NCBI RefSeq assembly: GCF_006345805.1
Contig: NC_043011.1
Location: forward strand, 29,958,464 to 30,022,463
Direction: 5' to 3'
Origin: Octopus sinensis
Lineage: Eukaryota
DNA length: 64,000 nucleotides
This document shows positions 27,042-41,750 of the stretch, one piece after another. Both the position numbers and the translations under genes were made by a program. Numbering within the stretch: position 1 is the first letter of the stretch; each line of letters starts with the position of its first letter. The notes under the pieces were generated by a model. That model searched no databases. It was given only the letters and a program-made list of their open reading frames with translations, and was not told where the DNA came from.

Positions 27042-29518
27042 CTGCAGGAATATATTGAGAATGAATATGTCAGTTATCATAATTAGTCATGTTAGACTAT
27101 AGTTATGATTAGAAAGCTTTGTTGAATTTTTGTGAGATTTAAATATTCTTTCAATATATCATATAGACACATGTGTTTCAGAGATTTATTTACACCACAG
27201 GCATAATTTAAACCATTCAAACATTACAAAGATGCATGCTAAATCACATGTGACCATGTGATCCACGTGAACGACCAGGCTATCAGATGTTGTTACACAT
27301 CGCTGGTCACAATGTGCTTCTGCATTGTTTTAGCCTTCAAATGGTACCACCCCACTGGCTAGGTGATCAGGCCAACAATCCCCACTGATCAAAAGGGAAC
27401 TGGAGCAATATGCAATGAAGTGTTTTGCTCAAGAACACAAGGCACTGCCCAGTCAAGGAATCGAACCCATGATTTAGCAATCATGAGTGCAACAGCCTGA
27501 CCATTATGCCACATGCCTTCACATGAAAGTAAAGTAATTCTAAGTTAAAATTTATTTACCTAAATATATCTAAAATGTTATCATAATGAAAGAGGTTTTA
27601 TCTTTTACTTGTTTCAGCCATTTGACTGTGGCCATACTGGGGCATCGCCTTGAAAGGTTTAGTTGAACAATTTGACCCCCATACTAATTTTATCAATTCT
27701 TTTGCTGAACTGCAAAGTTATGGGGGAGGTAAACAAACCATTATGGACACTCACATAGATGTTTCTTTCAGTTTCTGGCAAATAAATTCACTCATAAGAC
27801 ATTGGTAGGCTTGGGGCTATAGTAGAAGATACTTGCCCAGGGTGTCACATAGTGGAGCTGAATCCAAAGCTGTGTGGGGGAGAAGTAAGCTTCATACCAC
27901 ATCGCTACACCACCATGTCCAGAAATTTTGGAATGGCTAATCTGGTTGTTATTGTTTGACTCCAGGTCAGCCCTCTTTCTGCAGTGTTCAAAGCATTCTA
28001 GCCACAATCGTTGTGTCTTTTCATATACCATGGATTACATTGGTCAGTATATATGCTTTTTTTTATTTAATACTGCAGCTTGTGATTTGAAAGGAATTTA
28101 TGTAATATCTTTAGCAGGTCAGGATATTATATGAAAGGAATTTTGTAAATGGAAACTGTACATGAGTTCTTCATGTGTGTGTGTGTGTGTGTGTGAAGTG
28201 GAGTGTATCTACATGTGGTTGTGAGTGTATGTATGGGGATTTTAAGTGTGTGGGTGTTGGGGTGCAGGTGTATGTGTGTGTATGTTTGTGTATGTCTGTT
28301 TGTGTGGGTGTATGTGTAGGGGTGTATGTATGCATGCGGCTGTGTGTTCATGTGTACGTATGAAGATATTTCATTGAAGTTTATTAGAGAAGATTGCTCA
28401 AAGGGCAGAAAACTAATCATACAAGTGAATTTGAATAAAAATGCCTTGTTATATTTGTTCCACACAAAGTACACAGACACTCCCTTGTCAATCACACCAT
28501 TGTGAATGCTGTAAACCAGTGGTTAAGACTACATTCTACAATATGTCCTTTCATTGTTTACAAAACATGATATTTAAATTCTTTAAAAATATATATATAT
28601 AAGTAGATAAGATTCATACTACATGCCAAGAAATGGATTATTATTCGAAACAAACATAAGGAACTTAAATTCCAAATAAAAGAGATTGCAGAAATTCAAA
28701 ACTGCCATCTGTAATAGTCATCAATCAAATCATATTGAAACAAAGAAAAAAGAAAGAAAACGAGCTAGAAAGCTTGATTTAACATCCATTTCTATTTCAC
28801 AGATTTAATAACAAATTGCAGAATACAAACACTTCATGAACAGAAGATTAAATATGAAATATGAAACTGTTCAAATTAAATTGTAAAAAGCAACATATTG
28901 CAGAGTAGTTATTATTCAATATTTCATCACATGTTGATAGACAGAACAAACAGGTGATCTCAGTATTCACAGGTTATACCTCTCTGGGCAGATAAACCAA
29001 GAAATATCTGATTTTTATTATTTTTTTTTTTTTAATATTTTTCTTTTTTTGTGTTTTTGAAATGTTAAAAATAATGAATGGCACATAAATTGATTAAATA
29101 TTTCAAATATTTTGTTAATTTCAAACGTTGCGTCATACATGATACCGTGACGGGGATAAACCCCAGGCGTGTATATGCTGTGTGTGGTAGGCGCGTGTTA
29201 CACATTCGCTAATGACAATAAATTGCCAATAAATATTAAATATTAACCCTCATCACATGGAAACCAAATAGACTCAGTTCCAGGTTTGTGTACCCGAGAC
29301 ACCAAAACCAAATTAGCTCATTTTTAATACTGGGTTGCTTTACAGAATTCTCCATATTTCATATGGTGTAGTATACACATTTTATTTTTACTGGTATTTA
29401 ATTCCTGCTATCCAATAGAGGTTACAAGAAGCCAATTTTAAGAAATTAATTCAATATCTGCACATTTGTATGCAGAAATTTAATTAGCACTGTGAGGGTT
29501 AAGTTTACTCAATACTGT

Positions 29519-29788
29519 GATCATCATCATCATCACCATCATCACCATCATCACCATCATCACCATCATCACCATCATCATCATCATCACCATCACCATC
29601 ATCATCACCATCATCATCATCATCATCATCACCATCATCACCATCACCATCCTCATCACCATCATCACCATCATCACCATCACCATCACCATCACCATCA
29701 CCATCATCATCATCACCATCATCACCATCACCATCACCATCATCATCATCACCATCACCATCACCATCATCTTCATCTCCATCATCAG

Positions 29789-29827
<39 letters not shown>

Positions 29828-29828
29828 T
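29519..29828. repeat. Compound (CAT/CAC)n trinucleotide microsatellite
   Basis: ~310 bp of in-register CAY triplets. Confidence 0.95.
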
Positions 29829-30103
29829 ATCAGTATCACCATTTGACGTCCATTTTTCATATTGGCATGTGTTGGAGAGTTCAACAGGAGCCCTGCATGC
29901 CAGGGGGTTGTTCCAAGGAGATCATAATAGGAAACTAAATTTTTCTGGTTTTTATCATGAAATTATAATGATTGTTATTCTAAAAACAGCAACGTACAGA
30001 CCAGGGTTAGTCAATCATATTAGGATATAGCACAGGTGCGTGACAGAATAATAGGAAAGTGACAAAAACAAGAATCAAAGGTGAGTGGTAACAATTGACT
30101 TAC

Positions 30104-30129
30104 ATCTTGTGTTCGTCACAAGAAGTTGT
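30104..30129 (-). other. Candidate 26-nt microexon
   Basis: Reads tttatgcag|ACAACTTCTTGTGACGAACACAAGAT|gtaagt. Confidence 0.35.
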
Positions 30130-31853
30130 CTGCATAAATATGTTAAATACTCATTAAGAGAAACTGATTTTCTTTACAATAAATTCTGTTCTTGTAGTAT
30201 CATGACATAATCTACATGTAATTTTGTTTTCAAATCTAATAATGTACACTCAGAGGTAACGGTTAAGTCATGTCACAGTTTGGAGCTGTTAACATAGCAA
30301 TCAATATTAGTCGTGGAGAACTGTTCACATGTGAAAATTTGCATGTTGACACATTCAGTTTCGTACATGTGTGTGTGTGTGCTGGTACATTGTACGTGAA
30401 CTAATAGTATTAATAACGGTTGAAAAATATGTCTCACATAAAGGTTTAACACCTTGGCTCCCACACAACCCCAAGAGGATTATGATGCTATTATTGCAAG
30501 ACCTACATGACACTCCTGTGGATCATCTTACTATTTCTTTTCTGGAAGCTGGAATTATGAAATTGCTTAAGTATGTGATTATTGTACAGTAGAACAACAG
30601 GTGTTTTTTTGTTTCCTATATTTTCATAGATTTTTTCATTTTTCTTTTGATTTTTTTTACATCTATATTGTTGTGAGTTTCATTATGTAATGAGTCAAAA
30701 TAAAAAAAAAAAGTAAATCATCATCATCGTCGTCGTCGTATCGTCGTTGCCGTCGCATCGTCATCGTCGTTGTATTGTCATCGTCGTTGTATTGTCGTCA
30801 TCGTCATATCATTGTCGTCATCATCATATCATTGTCGTGATCGTCGTATCGTCGTCATATCATCATCATCATCAGTGGCGTCGGTGTCGTCGGCGTCGGC
30901 ATCATCATCATCATCATCATCATCACCACCACCACCATCGTTTAACGTCCATTTCCTATACTGGCATAGGTTAGATAGTTAAACAGGAGCTGGCCAGCCG
31001 GGGACCTATCCAGACTCTGTTTTGGTATGGTTTCTATAGCTGGACAGCCTTCCTAATGCCAACCACTTTACAGAGTGTGCTGGGTGCATTCATGCAGCAC
31101 CAGCACTAGTACCAATGTGGTTTATTAGAGGATTTTTCAACTCTGATTTTTACAGTAATTGCTTGTGTATTCTCAGTTATAATTATAAATTAATTATGAA
31201 ATTTTGAATTTGCCAGTTTATCAACTTTTTGCTTGCTGGCCACTTATATTAGTATTGCTATTTATTTTACTAATAATGATAATTAATAATAATATCTATA
31301 TAAATTTTCTTTGAATATTTATTTGTTTATGAAAATATATATATGTATATATACAATGGGCTTCTTTCAGTTTCCATCTACCAAACCCACTCACAAGGCT
31401 TTGGTCAGTCCAAAGCTATAGTAGAAGACGTTTGCCCAAGGTGCCATGCAGTGGAACTGAACCCAGAATCATATGGTTGGGAAGCAAGCATCTTACCACG
31501 CATCCACACCTGTACCTATGTTTATTTTTTACCCATACTTATACAATAAATTGGTATCAGGCAACAAACTAGCTGAGTTATAGAATCAGACATATAGAAT
31601 GCCTTGCAGCATTTGTTCTGATTCTCTATTCTCTGAGTTCAAATCCTACCACAGTCAATTTTACTTTTCATGCTTTTGGGTGGGGAAGGAGCTGATAAAA
31701 AAAAAATACCAATCCACGTCTGCAGATTGCTGAAATTTCCAGAATATCAGGTTGGGTACCTTGATTTCTGTGTTAAAATCCCACCATGGCCTAACTGGGT
31801 GGAAGAGATAATCCATCTCACAGTTTAACACTATCACTTGGCACTTTAAGTGT

Positions 31854-32462
31854 CTTTAGTGGAATGTACTCCAAAGCACTAGTGTAGCTGGGGGGTGGTA
31901 GGGGCGGTCTGCCCTGGGTGGTACTTTTAAAGGGGCGGTACTTCTGGGTCTGCTGTAGGGAATGTGCTTTTTGTGGGGTCCTGGGGCAACAGACAAAAGG
32001 ACCGCTCAGACGGCACATACTTTAGCTATGCTAGTGTTCTGTAATGAGCATCTTGATCTCTGTGTATGAGTGTGTGTGTCTCCATCTTAATAAACCATGT
32101 CATCAGAAATAAAACTGAAATCTACATATGGCTATAAGAGAAGCCACTTATTCGAAGTACCAAGCAGTGGGATTGAACCTTACAACCACATTGTTGGATA
32201 GCAAACTTCTTAATGATACAGTCATGGCTGTATGGTAAGAGGCTTGCTTCCCAACCACATGGTCCCAGGTTCAGTACACTGTGTGACACCTTGGCAAGTA
32301 TCTTGTATGTGCCGTCTGAGGAGGCCCTTTTGTTTGTTGCCACGGGACCCCACAAAAAGCACATATTCCCTATATACCGCCCCTTTAAAAGTGCCACCCA
32401 GGGACAGACCGCCCCTACCACCCCCCAGCTACACTAGTGCTATGGAGTACATCCCACTAAAG
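31854..32462. repeat. Inverted pair of a ~160-bp GC-rich unit
   Basis: 31854-32020 is the reverse complement of 32305-32462. Confidence 0.85.
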
Positions 32463-35023
32463 CCTTGTGAGTGGATTTGGTAGACAGAAACTGAGACAAG
32501 GCTGTCATATAAGTGCGTGTGTGTGTGTGTGTGTCTGTGTGTCTGTGTTTGTTCCCTATCACTGCTTGACAACCAGTACTGGTGTTTTTACATACACATG
32601 ACTTAGCAGTTTAGCAAAAAGGTGACTGATAGAATAAGTAATAAGCTTTTAAAAAAAGTAAGCCCTGGTGTTGATTTGTTCGACTAAAATCTTTCAAGGC
32701 AGTGCCCCAGCATGGCCTCAGTCATATGACTGAAACAAGTAAAAGATAAAAGATACAGCCATGCATTTGTTATTTTACTTTGCATTGGATATTCCTTTAA
32801 TAAGACAAAACATTGGCATCAGCACGTCAAGATAAATGAAATGGTTCTGAGACAGACTGTTATAACTTTTCCACTATTCCATTAAAGAAAGAACAGACAA
32901 AACAGCTATGCATAATATCAACAGTGAAACCACAATTAACCAAAATGTCCGTTTCAACTGATCTGCTAATTACACAACAATATCACTATTTATTTCATGT
33001 CAGATTTTACTTGCCATCACAGCTTGAATGTATCTATATTATCACATCTCATGAGATAGCTCTCTATTCTTTATTACTTCTCTGAACTTTACTTCCTGTG
33101 GGTCATATATTCTTTGTTTCCAATTCCCCAACACCAAACACTGGATAAAAATCAATCAAATACCAGTTTGAGAGGATTATTTACCAAACACACATCAAAC
33201 ATTGCTGCAAAGTTTGCAATCACGTCTCCAGCAGTGTCAAGTAATTCTAATTTCTCACTCATGCTTCAATTATTCAAACAACATTTCTATTTTCTTTTTT
33301 ATATTCATAAAACATGTGCTATACAAACGCTCTCCAGGCTTCTTCATCCTTTAACAATGAGTTCATTAAACCATGCATTATATCTATCCTGTTTATAGAA
33401 TATTAGTAGAGCATTGATAATCCTCAATGCTGCTAATATTCCATCTATATATGATTAAATTTCTATCGGCAACGTTTTGTCTTTGTAAAAAAGCGTTTAA
33501 CTCAATCGCTGCTGAATAATTCCCCCATTGTTTGCCAACACTTCACCAATCTTATATCGAAATACTTCAGGTCATTGTAACTACAACATTGATATCTTAT
33601 CAATCACACTCTTACATCAATACGCTACTAATAGCAATCACAACTTCCCTATCTATATTGGCTGATAATAGTCAATGGTTGCTAATCAATATTAGCTTGT
33701 ATCAAAAAATAATGCCCAAATCTTTTGAAAATATTCAGGAGGAGGAGGAGGAGGATAAATTGGAGATTAACAAAGCTGATCTCCAATTTGAACTTCTAGT
33801 TAATGCTTGAAGGAAATAAAATTGGAAGTTTGTCAACAGTTCAAACAATTTTGTAGATATCCTAACAATTTAATACAAATGCTGATTTTCTTAGAGAACA
33901 AAACGAAACCAAAATCAATATATTATTGTTTTCGATAACTGAAATTAAAGCTTTGTGAAAATATGAAATGTTAGTTACTCCATTTGTAAAACTTGTTTGT
34001 CTGTTGTAATTAACAATTAACAATTATGAGAAAAGGAATTCCAGTAGGTAAAAGTTTCAGGGATAAGGAACAGGTGGAAATTTTTAGTGCGGAGTTTTAT
34101 CACCATTGCCACTTTTCCATGCTTGCATGAGTTGGACAGAGCTTATTGAGGTTATTATCTATGGCCAGGGTGCCTTTCCTGTCATCAACCTACACCTGAT
34201 TCCAAATAAAGTAATAGGCATGTTTTAGTAGAATATTGGAAATGAATGACATTTATTCACAACAATCATGCAATGCCAAAATAAAGAGACACAAACATAC
34301 TTACACTCAACCCCCCCCCCACACACAAACATATACTCATATGCATGCACATACACACAACAGGATTCTTTCGGCTTCTATCTACAAAATCCACTCGCAA
34401 GACTTTGTTCGACCCAGGGCTACAGTACAAGAGTTGCCCAAGATGTCACACAGTGAGATGAAACCAAAACCATGTTACTGGAAAGCAAACTTCTTAACCA
34501 CACAGCCACATCTGTCCCCCAGCAAACTCCATCTGGCATGTGCAAGCATGGGGAAATAGATGTTAATGATGATGATGACAATGAGCATGACGATGATAAT
34601 GGCAGTGGTGATGGCAGCAGTGGAAGTGGCAGCAGTGGCAGCAGTGGCAGCAGTGGCAGCAGCACTGCTGCTGATAATGAGATAACAATGTCAGTGCATA
34701 ACTTAACCTTCTACTACTGTTCACAGACAGATTACAATTTCTTAAGGGTTGTTTTGAGAATTTTTTTACCTAAATATTTTACCATGAAGCTCACCACACC
34801 AGAATACTTCCAAGGAGGAGAGATAAAGATGTAGGTCATTTATTTTAAATTTTGGTGCAAATTTTAGAAGATTCTGAAGAAGATGATCAGCAAGAATTCA
34901 ATTAAGCATATCCAGAAGATAATTTGGTGTTAACCAAAGATGTAAGATTTCAACTGGAAAGTGATAACATGATAACAATATGTTCCAAACAAGGGTGTAT
35001 GGTTTCTCAATCAGTGAATGAGT

Positions 35024-35252
35024 TTAACCCTTTAGCATTTAAACCGGCCATATCCGGCCAAAAGTATTCTGCCTGTTTTATGTTCAAACTGGCCAGATCT
35101 GGTCTCTCACACTAACCCTACAATATCGTTTTAAAAATTAACAGCTACCTCATCAAAATCTCATAACTACAAGATAATGCATGATTAGTTCAAAACAATG
35201 TGGATGAAAAAGCATTAATTTTGGTAGAATAATGCGAACACTATAGGGTTAA
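35024..35252. mobile_element. piggyBac-type MITE (TTAA TSD, CCC..GGG ends)
   Basis: Reads TTAA-CCCTTTAG...CTATAGGG-TTAA; homologous to 62710-62916. Confidence 0.75.
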
Positions 35253-37667
35253 GGTCATTTCTAACCAATAATTCTCAACAGCCTACAGATAATTTCCACT
35301 AATTGTTCATTGTAAAGTGCAGCCAATAGCTACCAATAAAGACAGTTGTCATTTCTACTCCAACCATCATTTAGCTGTTATTGCTAGTTAATACCTTCTC
35401 ACCTCTACCGCAACATTTTCTTCTCTTTCTAAACACCTGCCAGACATTTTTGAATGTTTGTCAATGACTCAAACAATTTTGTAAATATCTTGACAATTTA
35501 CTACAAATGCTGATTTTCTTAAAAAAACAAAACAAAACTAAACTCAATATAATATTGATTTTGATAACTGAAATTAGAGTTCCTGAAAATATTGATTTCG
35601 AATTTTGGCAAAAGGCCAGAAAATTCTGGGGAGGGGTTAAGTCGATTACATTGACCCTGGTACTCAACTGGTTCTTATTTTATCAAACCCCAAAAGGATG
35701 AAAAGCAAAGCTAACCTCAGCAGAATTTGAACTCAGAACATGAAGATTGACAAAAAGCTGCTAATCATTTCAGCCAGTATGCTTATGATTCTGCCAGCTC
35801 ACTGCCTTGAAGTTTTCTGAAGATTTTGATTTCAAATTTTGGAATAAGGCCAGAAATTTAGGGGAGGGCATAAGTCAATTACATCAACCCCGGTATTCAA
35901 CTGGTGCTTATTTTATTGACTCCAAAAGGATGAAGGGCAAAGTCAACCTTGGAATAATTTGAACTCAGAATGTAAAGACAGGCAAAATGCTGCTAATCAT
36001 TTTACCCGGTGTGCTAACAATTCTGCCAGCTTGCCGCCTTAGAGTTTTGTGAAAATATTAAGTGTCATTTGTAAAACTTGTTTGTCTGTAGCAATTAACA
36101 ATTAACAATTAACAAAGCCTGCTTCATGAGTGGGTGTCATTTGCACAATACTTCAACTGATTTATTTATTTATTGTCTGATTTCCTTTCCACTGGAATAC
36201 GTGGTTTCATAATCTACTGTTTTGTTACTGTAAACATGGTGAATATTCACTAAGACAAACATGTTTGTTTTGTCTGTTTACTATGAAAGAAAAGAAAACA
36301 GAACATCTATTTAACAGTGAAGATCAAGAACGCTTCAAACATCTTGTCGATGAGTTAATAGCTTTAAGCATGTAATAAGATACAGCATACACATGCATGT
36401 GTAATGAATCCATGTATATACACACACACGTACATGCGTGCACACACACACACACACACACAAAATTCATTACTTACACACGTATCATTATCATCATCAT
36501 CATCATGATCGCCACCACCACCACCACTACCGCCACGAACACCACCATAACCACCGCAATCATCACCAACACTGCCGCTGCTACCGCCACTATCACCACC
36601 ACCATCACCACCACCACCACCACCACCACCACCATCTTAATGTCCACTTTTCCATGTTCACATGGGCCGGACAGAATTTGCTGAGGTGGATTTTTCTACA
36701 GCCGGATGCACTTCCTGTTCCCAACCCTCCCCTTTTTTAAAGTAATGTAATATTAGCCCCATGGTCAAACACATTTTAATGGAAGACTAGAAATGAAAGA
36801 CATTACTCTATGATGACAACACCCTTTTACAACAATAATGAAATGTTCAAGGAAAGGGACAGTAGCACATGCACACACACACACACACATACACACACAC
36901 ATATATATACACACATATAACAGGCTTCTTTCAGTTTCTATTAACCAAGTCCACTCACAAGGCTTCAGTTGACATGGAGCTACAATAGAAGACACCCATG
37001 GTGCTACACTGTGGGACTGAACCTGAAACCATGTGGTTAGGAAGTAAATTTCTTATTACACAGCTGAGTTTGTGGCTGCCATGCCTGCAACTGCCGCGTA
37101 TATGCCTATATATATATGTGTGTGTGTGTGTGTGCGTGTGTCGATATGTTCATTTAAATGTGAAAATAAACCTTATAATGAAAAGCTATCATCTCGGAGT
37201 GGTTGGCGTTAGGAAGGGCATCCAGCCGTAGAAACTCTGCCAGATCAGATTGGAGCCTAGTGCAGCTATCTGGTTCACCAGTCTTCAGTCAAATCGTCCA
37301 ACCCATGCTAGCATGGAAAGCAGGCATTAAACGATGATGATGATGATGATGATGATGATCATGCAATAAATTATGTTTTCATTGAGATTAGCCACAAAGA
37401 TCATATAACTGACCCCTTTAGCATTCAGATAACTTTGTCATATGTAACGCTTACTGATTCACTTTCTTTAGAAAGAATTAACCATGTATTATCTCATGAT
37501 GGCATCATTTATGTTCATCTGCCCCTACATTCTGAGTTCAAACTCCACCGTGGTCAACTTTGCCTTTCATCTTTACAGGGCCGATTAAATAAGTACCGGT
37601 TACACACTCAGGTCAATGTAATCCACTTAATCCCCTCCCCCATGTTGCCCTTGTGGAAAAATTTGAA

Positions 37668-37720
<53 letters not shown>

Positions 37721-37729
37721 TATTATCAC

Positions 37730-37790
<61 letters not shown>

Positions 37791-39599
37791 AGGTGGCAAG
37801 CTGGCAGGATCGTTAGCACACCAGCCAAAATGCTTAGCTGTATTTTGCCTGTCACTATGTTCTGAGTTCAAATTCCAACAAGGTCAACTTTGCCTTTCAT
37901 CCTTTCAAGATCGATAACATAAGTACCAGTTGAGCACTGGATTTGATGTAAATGACTTACCCCCACCCCCAAAATTTCAGGCCTTGTGCCTATATTAGAA
38001 AGGATTATTATTATTATTATATTATTATTATTATTATTATTGTTATTGTTATTCCTGTTCTGAGTTCAAAATCACTGAGGTTGACTTTGCCTTTCATCCT
38101 TTTGGAGGTCAATGAAATAAGTACCAGTTACATACCCGTAACTTAGTGGTTTGGCCAAAGAGACCAATAAAATAAGTACTAGGCTTACAAAGAATAAGCT
38201 CTGGGGTCGATTTGCTTGACTATAAAGGTGGTGCTCCAGCATGGTGGCGGTCAAATGACTGAAGCAAGTGAAAGTGTAAAGAGTATTGTTTCTAACTTGG
38301 TTATTTTATTTCTAAGAAAAAAATCACAATTCAGCATTTGCCTTAGTATTATCTTGATCTTTAGTGATGCCTTGTGAACTCACAACTTCTGAGTGGAATG
38401 ATGCCTTCCAGGTTATGAACAACTGGTGTATAATAATATATACTGGTGTGTACACATCAAGAATGTTGGATAAGTGTAATAGCTTTCTTGTTAACATCAA
38501 AATCATCCTCAATCCATAAACCTAGTGAGTTGGCATAATTGATGAACTCAAGACCGAACCAATTAACAGACCTTCAAGTTGTGTGTTTAATCAAGCATGA
38601 ATTAATAAAGTGCTGTCTACCAATTATAATTATATTCATCAATGTATACACAGACATGCGTAATAACAAGAATTATTGAAGAGTAGGTGATATCACATAC
38701 ATATCTACATACCTTTTTAGATGGGCGACATAAAACACAGGCACACACATATATATATATATGTGTGCACTTTACATATGCACACAGATTCACAGTCAGA
38801 AATGCTCACTTCATAAAACACACATGTGCAAACATGCAGTGCTAAAAATTTATGTAGCTATGTGTGTGTGTGTGTGTCTGAATATATATATTTTTTTTTT
38901 ATGTATGTATGTGTGTATGTAGTTATGTATATACGAATATATATATATATTATATATATATATATTATATATATATATATATATATGCATATTTAAAAAG
39001 TCAATAAAAGAAAATGGAGAAGAAAAAATATATAAAAGATGCTAGGTATATATATATATATATATGTATGTATATATATATATACACACACATACACACA
39101 TGCACACACACATAATGTAGTAAAATCAATAAAAACAGTAATATAAGTTTTGCCAAGGCAGACTAACACCAGTCTGTTTGATCATATGTGTGTATGTATG
39201 TATGTATGTATGTGTGTGTATGTATGTATGTATGTATGTATGTATGTATGTATGTATGTACATAAAAGTAGACACACTCATAAATACAGTTATATATACA
39301 CATGAGGAAATAAAACATATTTTGAAAGACAAGATCAGTGATTGAAAGAATATGCACACATTAACATATCTTACAACCACTATCACCGCTACACACCGAC
39401 ATGCATGTAGTCCAGACATAAACACCTATACTAAACATGTATTAGTGAAGACAGAATAAGAAAAATATAATATATCTTATATTATATTTTTCTTGTCTTC
39501 TGAGTTCAAATCCTGCCTTTCACCTCTCCAGGTTCATCCATGTTGTGATGTTCTGCTATTATTATTATTATTCAGGAGTTTTATTTTTGTTTTTATAGC

Positions 39600-39752
39600 A
39601 TGCTTTCACTTCACTACCGAGCGCAGCTCTGTGTGCCTTGGGTATGTGCTGTGATTTTTTGTTCTGCGTAGGATGTGTGCAGTGCCTAGTAGTGCAATTT
39701 TCTGTATGTTATATGTGTTTGTAAGTCCTGGTGTTTTTGTTATGTATTTGTC
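39600..39752 (-). mobile_element. RLE-type LINE extreme 3' end, third subfamily
   Basis: Translates KYITKTPGLTNTYNIQKIALLGTAHILRR followed by a 3' UTR, within (AAT)n on the minus strand. Confidence 0.75.
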
Positions 39753-39797
<45 letters not shown>

Positions 39798-39799
39798 CA

Positions 39800-39854
<55 letters not shown>

Positions 39855-40716
39855 CATCATTATTATTACCATTATTATTATTATTATTGACTTTGCCTTT
39901 CATCCTTTTGGAGGTCCATGAAATAAGTACCAGTTATGCACTGGAGTTAATGTAATCGCGTACTCCCCTCCTACAAAGTTTCAGGCCTTGTGCCTATAGC
40001 AGAAAAGATCATTATTATTATTATTATTACAATTAAGATAGTGAGCTGGCAGTATTGTTAATATATACAAGTGGCAGCGAGCTGGAAGAAACGTTAGCAC
40101 CCTGGACAAAATTCCCAGCGATATTTTGTCTGTCTTTGCGTTCTGAGTTCAAATTCCGCCAAGGTCAACTTTGCCTTTCATCTTTTTGGGGTCGATAAAT
40201 TAAGTACCAGATACGCACTGGGGTCGATGTAATCAACTTTTCCCCTTGTCTGTCCCCTCTATGTTTATCCCCTTGTGGGCAATAAAGAAATAAGTATAGT
40301 TAATATATTGGGCAAAATGTTTAGTGGTAGTTTGTTCACATTTATGTTCTGAGTTCAAATTCAGATAAGGTTACCTATGCCTTTCATCATTTTGGGGCTG
40401 ATAAAAAAAAAGTGCTAGATGAACACTTGGGTCGATGTAATCAAGTAGTCCCTTCCTCCGAAATTTCAGGCTTTGTGCCTATAGTAGAAAGAACCGTTAT
40501 CTTTAAGTTGGCAAGCCGGCAGAACCATTAGCGCACCAGATAAAATGCTGAGTGATATTTCATCTGTCTTTGTGTTCTGAGTTTAAATCCTGCTATGGTC
40601 AAGTTTGTTTTTCATCCTATCAGGATTGATAAATAAGTACCAGCTGAGCACTGTGGTCAACGTAATTGACTTACTCCAGTTTCCAAAAATAGCTAACCTA
40701 GTGTAAAAATTTGAGA

Positions 40717-40900
40717 TACCATATTTGAACATGTATAAGGAACCCATTTTTGTTAAAAATTAGGTTTAAAAAATTTAGGAGCTTCTTATACATGGATAGT
40801 ATTATAATTCTTTACAAAATCATTTTTCTATATTTTAAACCCCCAAAAGTTAGGGGGTTTCTTATACATGAGTGTTCCTCATACACGTTAAAATATGTTA
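40717..40900. mobile_element. TA-flanked MITE
   Basis: TIRs are taccatatttgaacatgtataagg and cctcatacacgttaaaatatgtta. Confidence 0.65.
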
Positions 40901-41350
40901 ATTAGTATTATTATTAATATTAAGGCTGTCAACTGGCAGAATTCTTAGTACATGAGTGAGCTGGTTACACCCCTGGCATAGGCCACAAGGTTATGGTCTC
41001 ACTTGGCTTGCTGGATTACAAATTACTTTGTGAGGGTGCACAGCCTAGTAGATGGAGTGTTACATTCACGATCGGGGTATCATGGTTTCAGTTCCTAGAC
41101 TGGGTGACTTTTTTTGTGTTTTGGGGCAAAACTGTTCATCTCACATTACTCTGTGATCACTTCAACACCTGATGCAAGGTGCACTGTGCATCAGTTTAGA
41201 CAACATCGACTTGATGGAGAGAGTGAGTTAATGTGTGGCATGAGCACTTGATCACTATAAACAAGTCATTTGTGCAGGTCGTTAAGCAGGAGAGGCCATC
41301 TTATAGTACTTCATCAAAGTAAAACAAATAACAAAGTAAAACAAATAATA

Positions 41351-41750
41351 GGTGCACGAGTGGCTGTGTGGTAAGCAGCTTGCTTACCAACCACATGGTT
41401 CCGGGTTCAGTCCAACTGCGTGGCACCTTGGGCAAGTGTCTTCTACTATAGCCTTGGGCCGACCAAAGCCTTGTGAGTGGATTTGGTAGACGGAAACTGA
41501 TGAAGCCCGTCGTATATATGTATATATATATGTGCGTGTGTGTTTGTCCCCCTAGCATTGCTTGACAAGTGATGCTAGTGTGTTTATGTCCCCGTCACTT
41601 AGTGGTTCGGCAAAAGAGACTGATAGAATAAGTACTGGGCTTACAAAGAATAAGTCCCGGGGTCGAGTTGCTCGATTAAAGGTGGTGCTCCAGCATGGCC
41701 GCAATCAAATGACTGAAACAAGTAAAAGAGTAAAGAGTAAAGAGAGTAAA
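41351..41750 (+). mobile_element. tRNA-derived bipartite SINE family B (full-length copy)
   Basis: Head gagtggctgtgtggtaag..ggttcagtcc, CORE-like ggcaccttgggcaagtgtctt, an internal (TA)n(TG)n tract and an (aaagag)-type tail. Other copies lie at ~18770-19180, 46625-47012, 51385-51815, 54945-55428 and 63665-64000 (all minus). Confidence 0.85.

Noticed and set aside
30036-30086. Plus-strand cag..AAAG|GTGAGT exon-like signal
   Set aside because: All three frames contain stops and the acceptor lacks a pyrimidine tract.
34472-34834. ORF with a Gly/Ser/Asp linker
   Set aside because: It is built from a SINE fragment plus (GAT)n/(GGCAGCAGT)n simple repeats.
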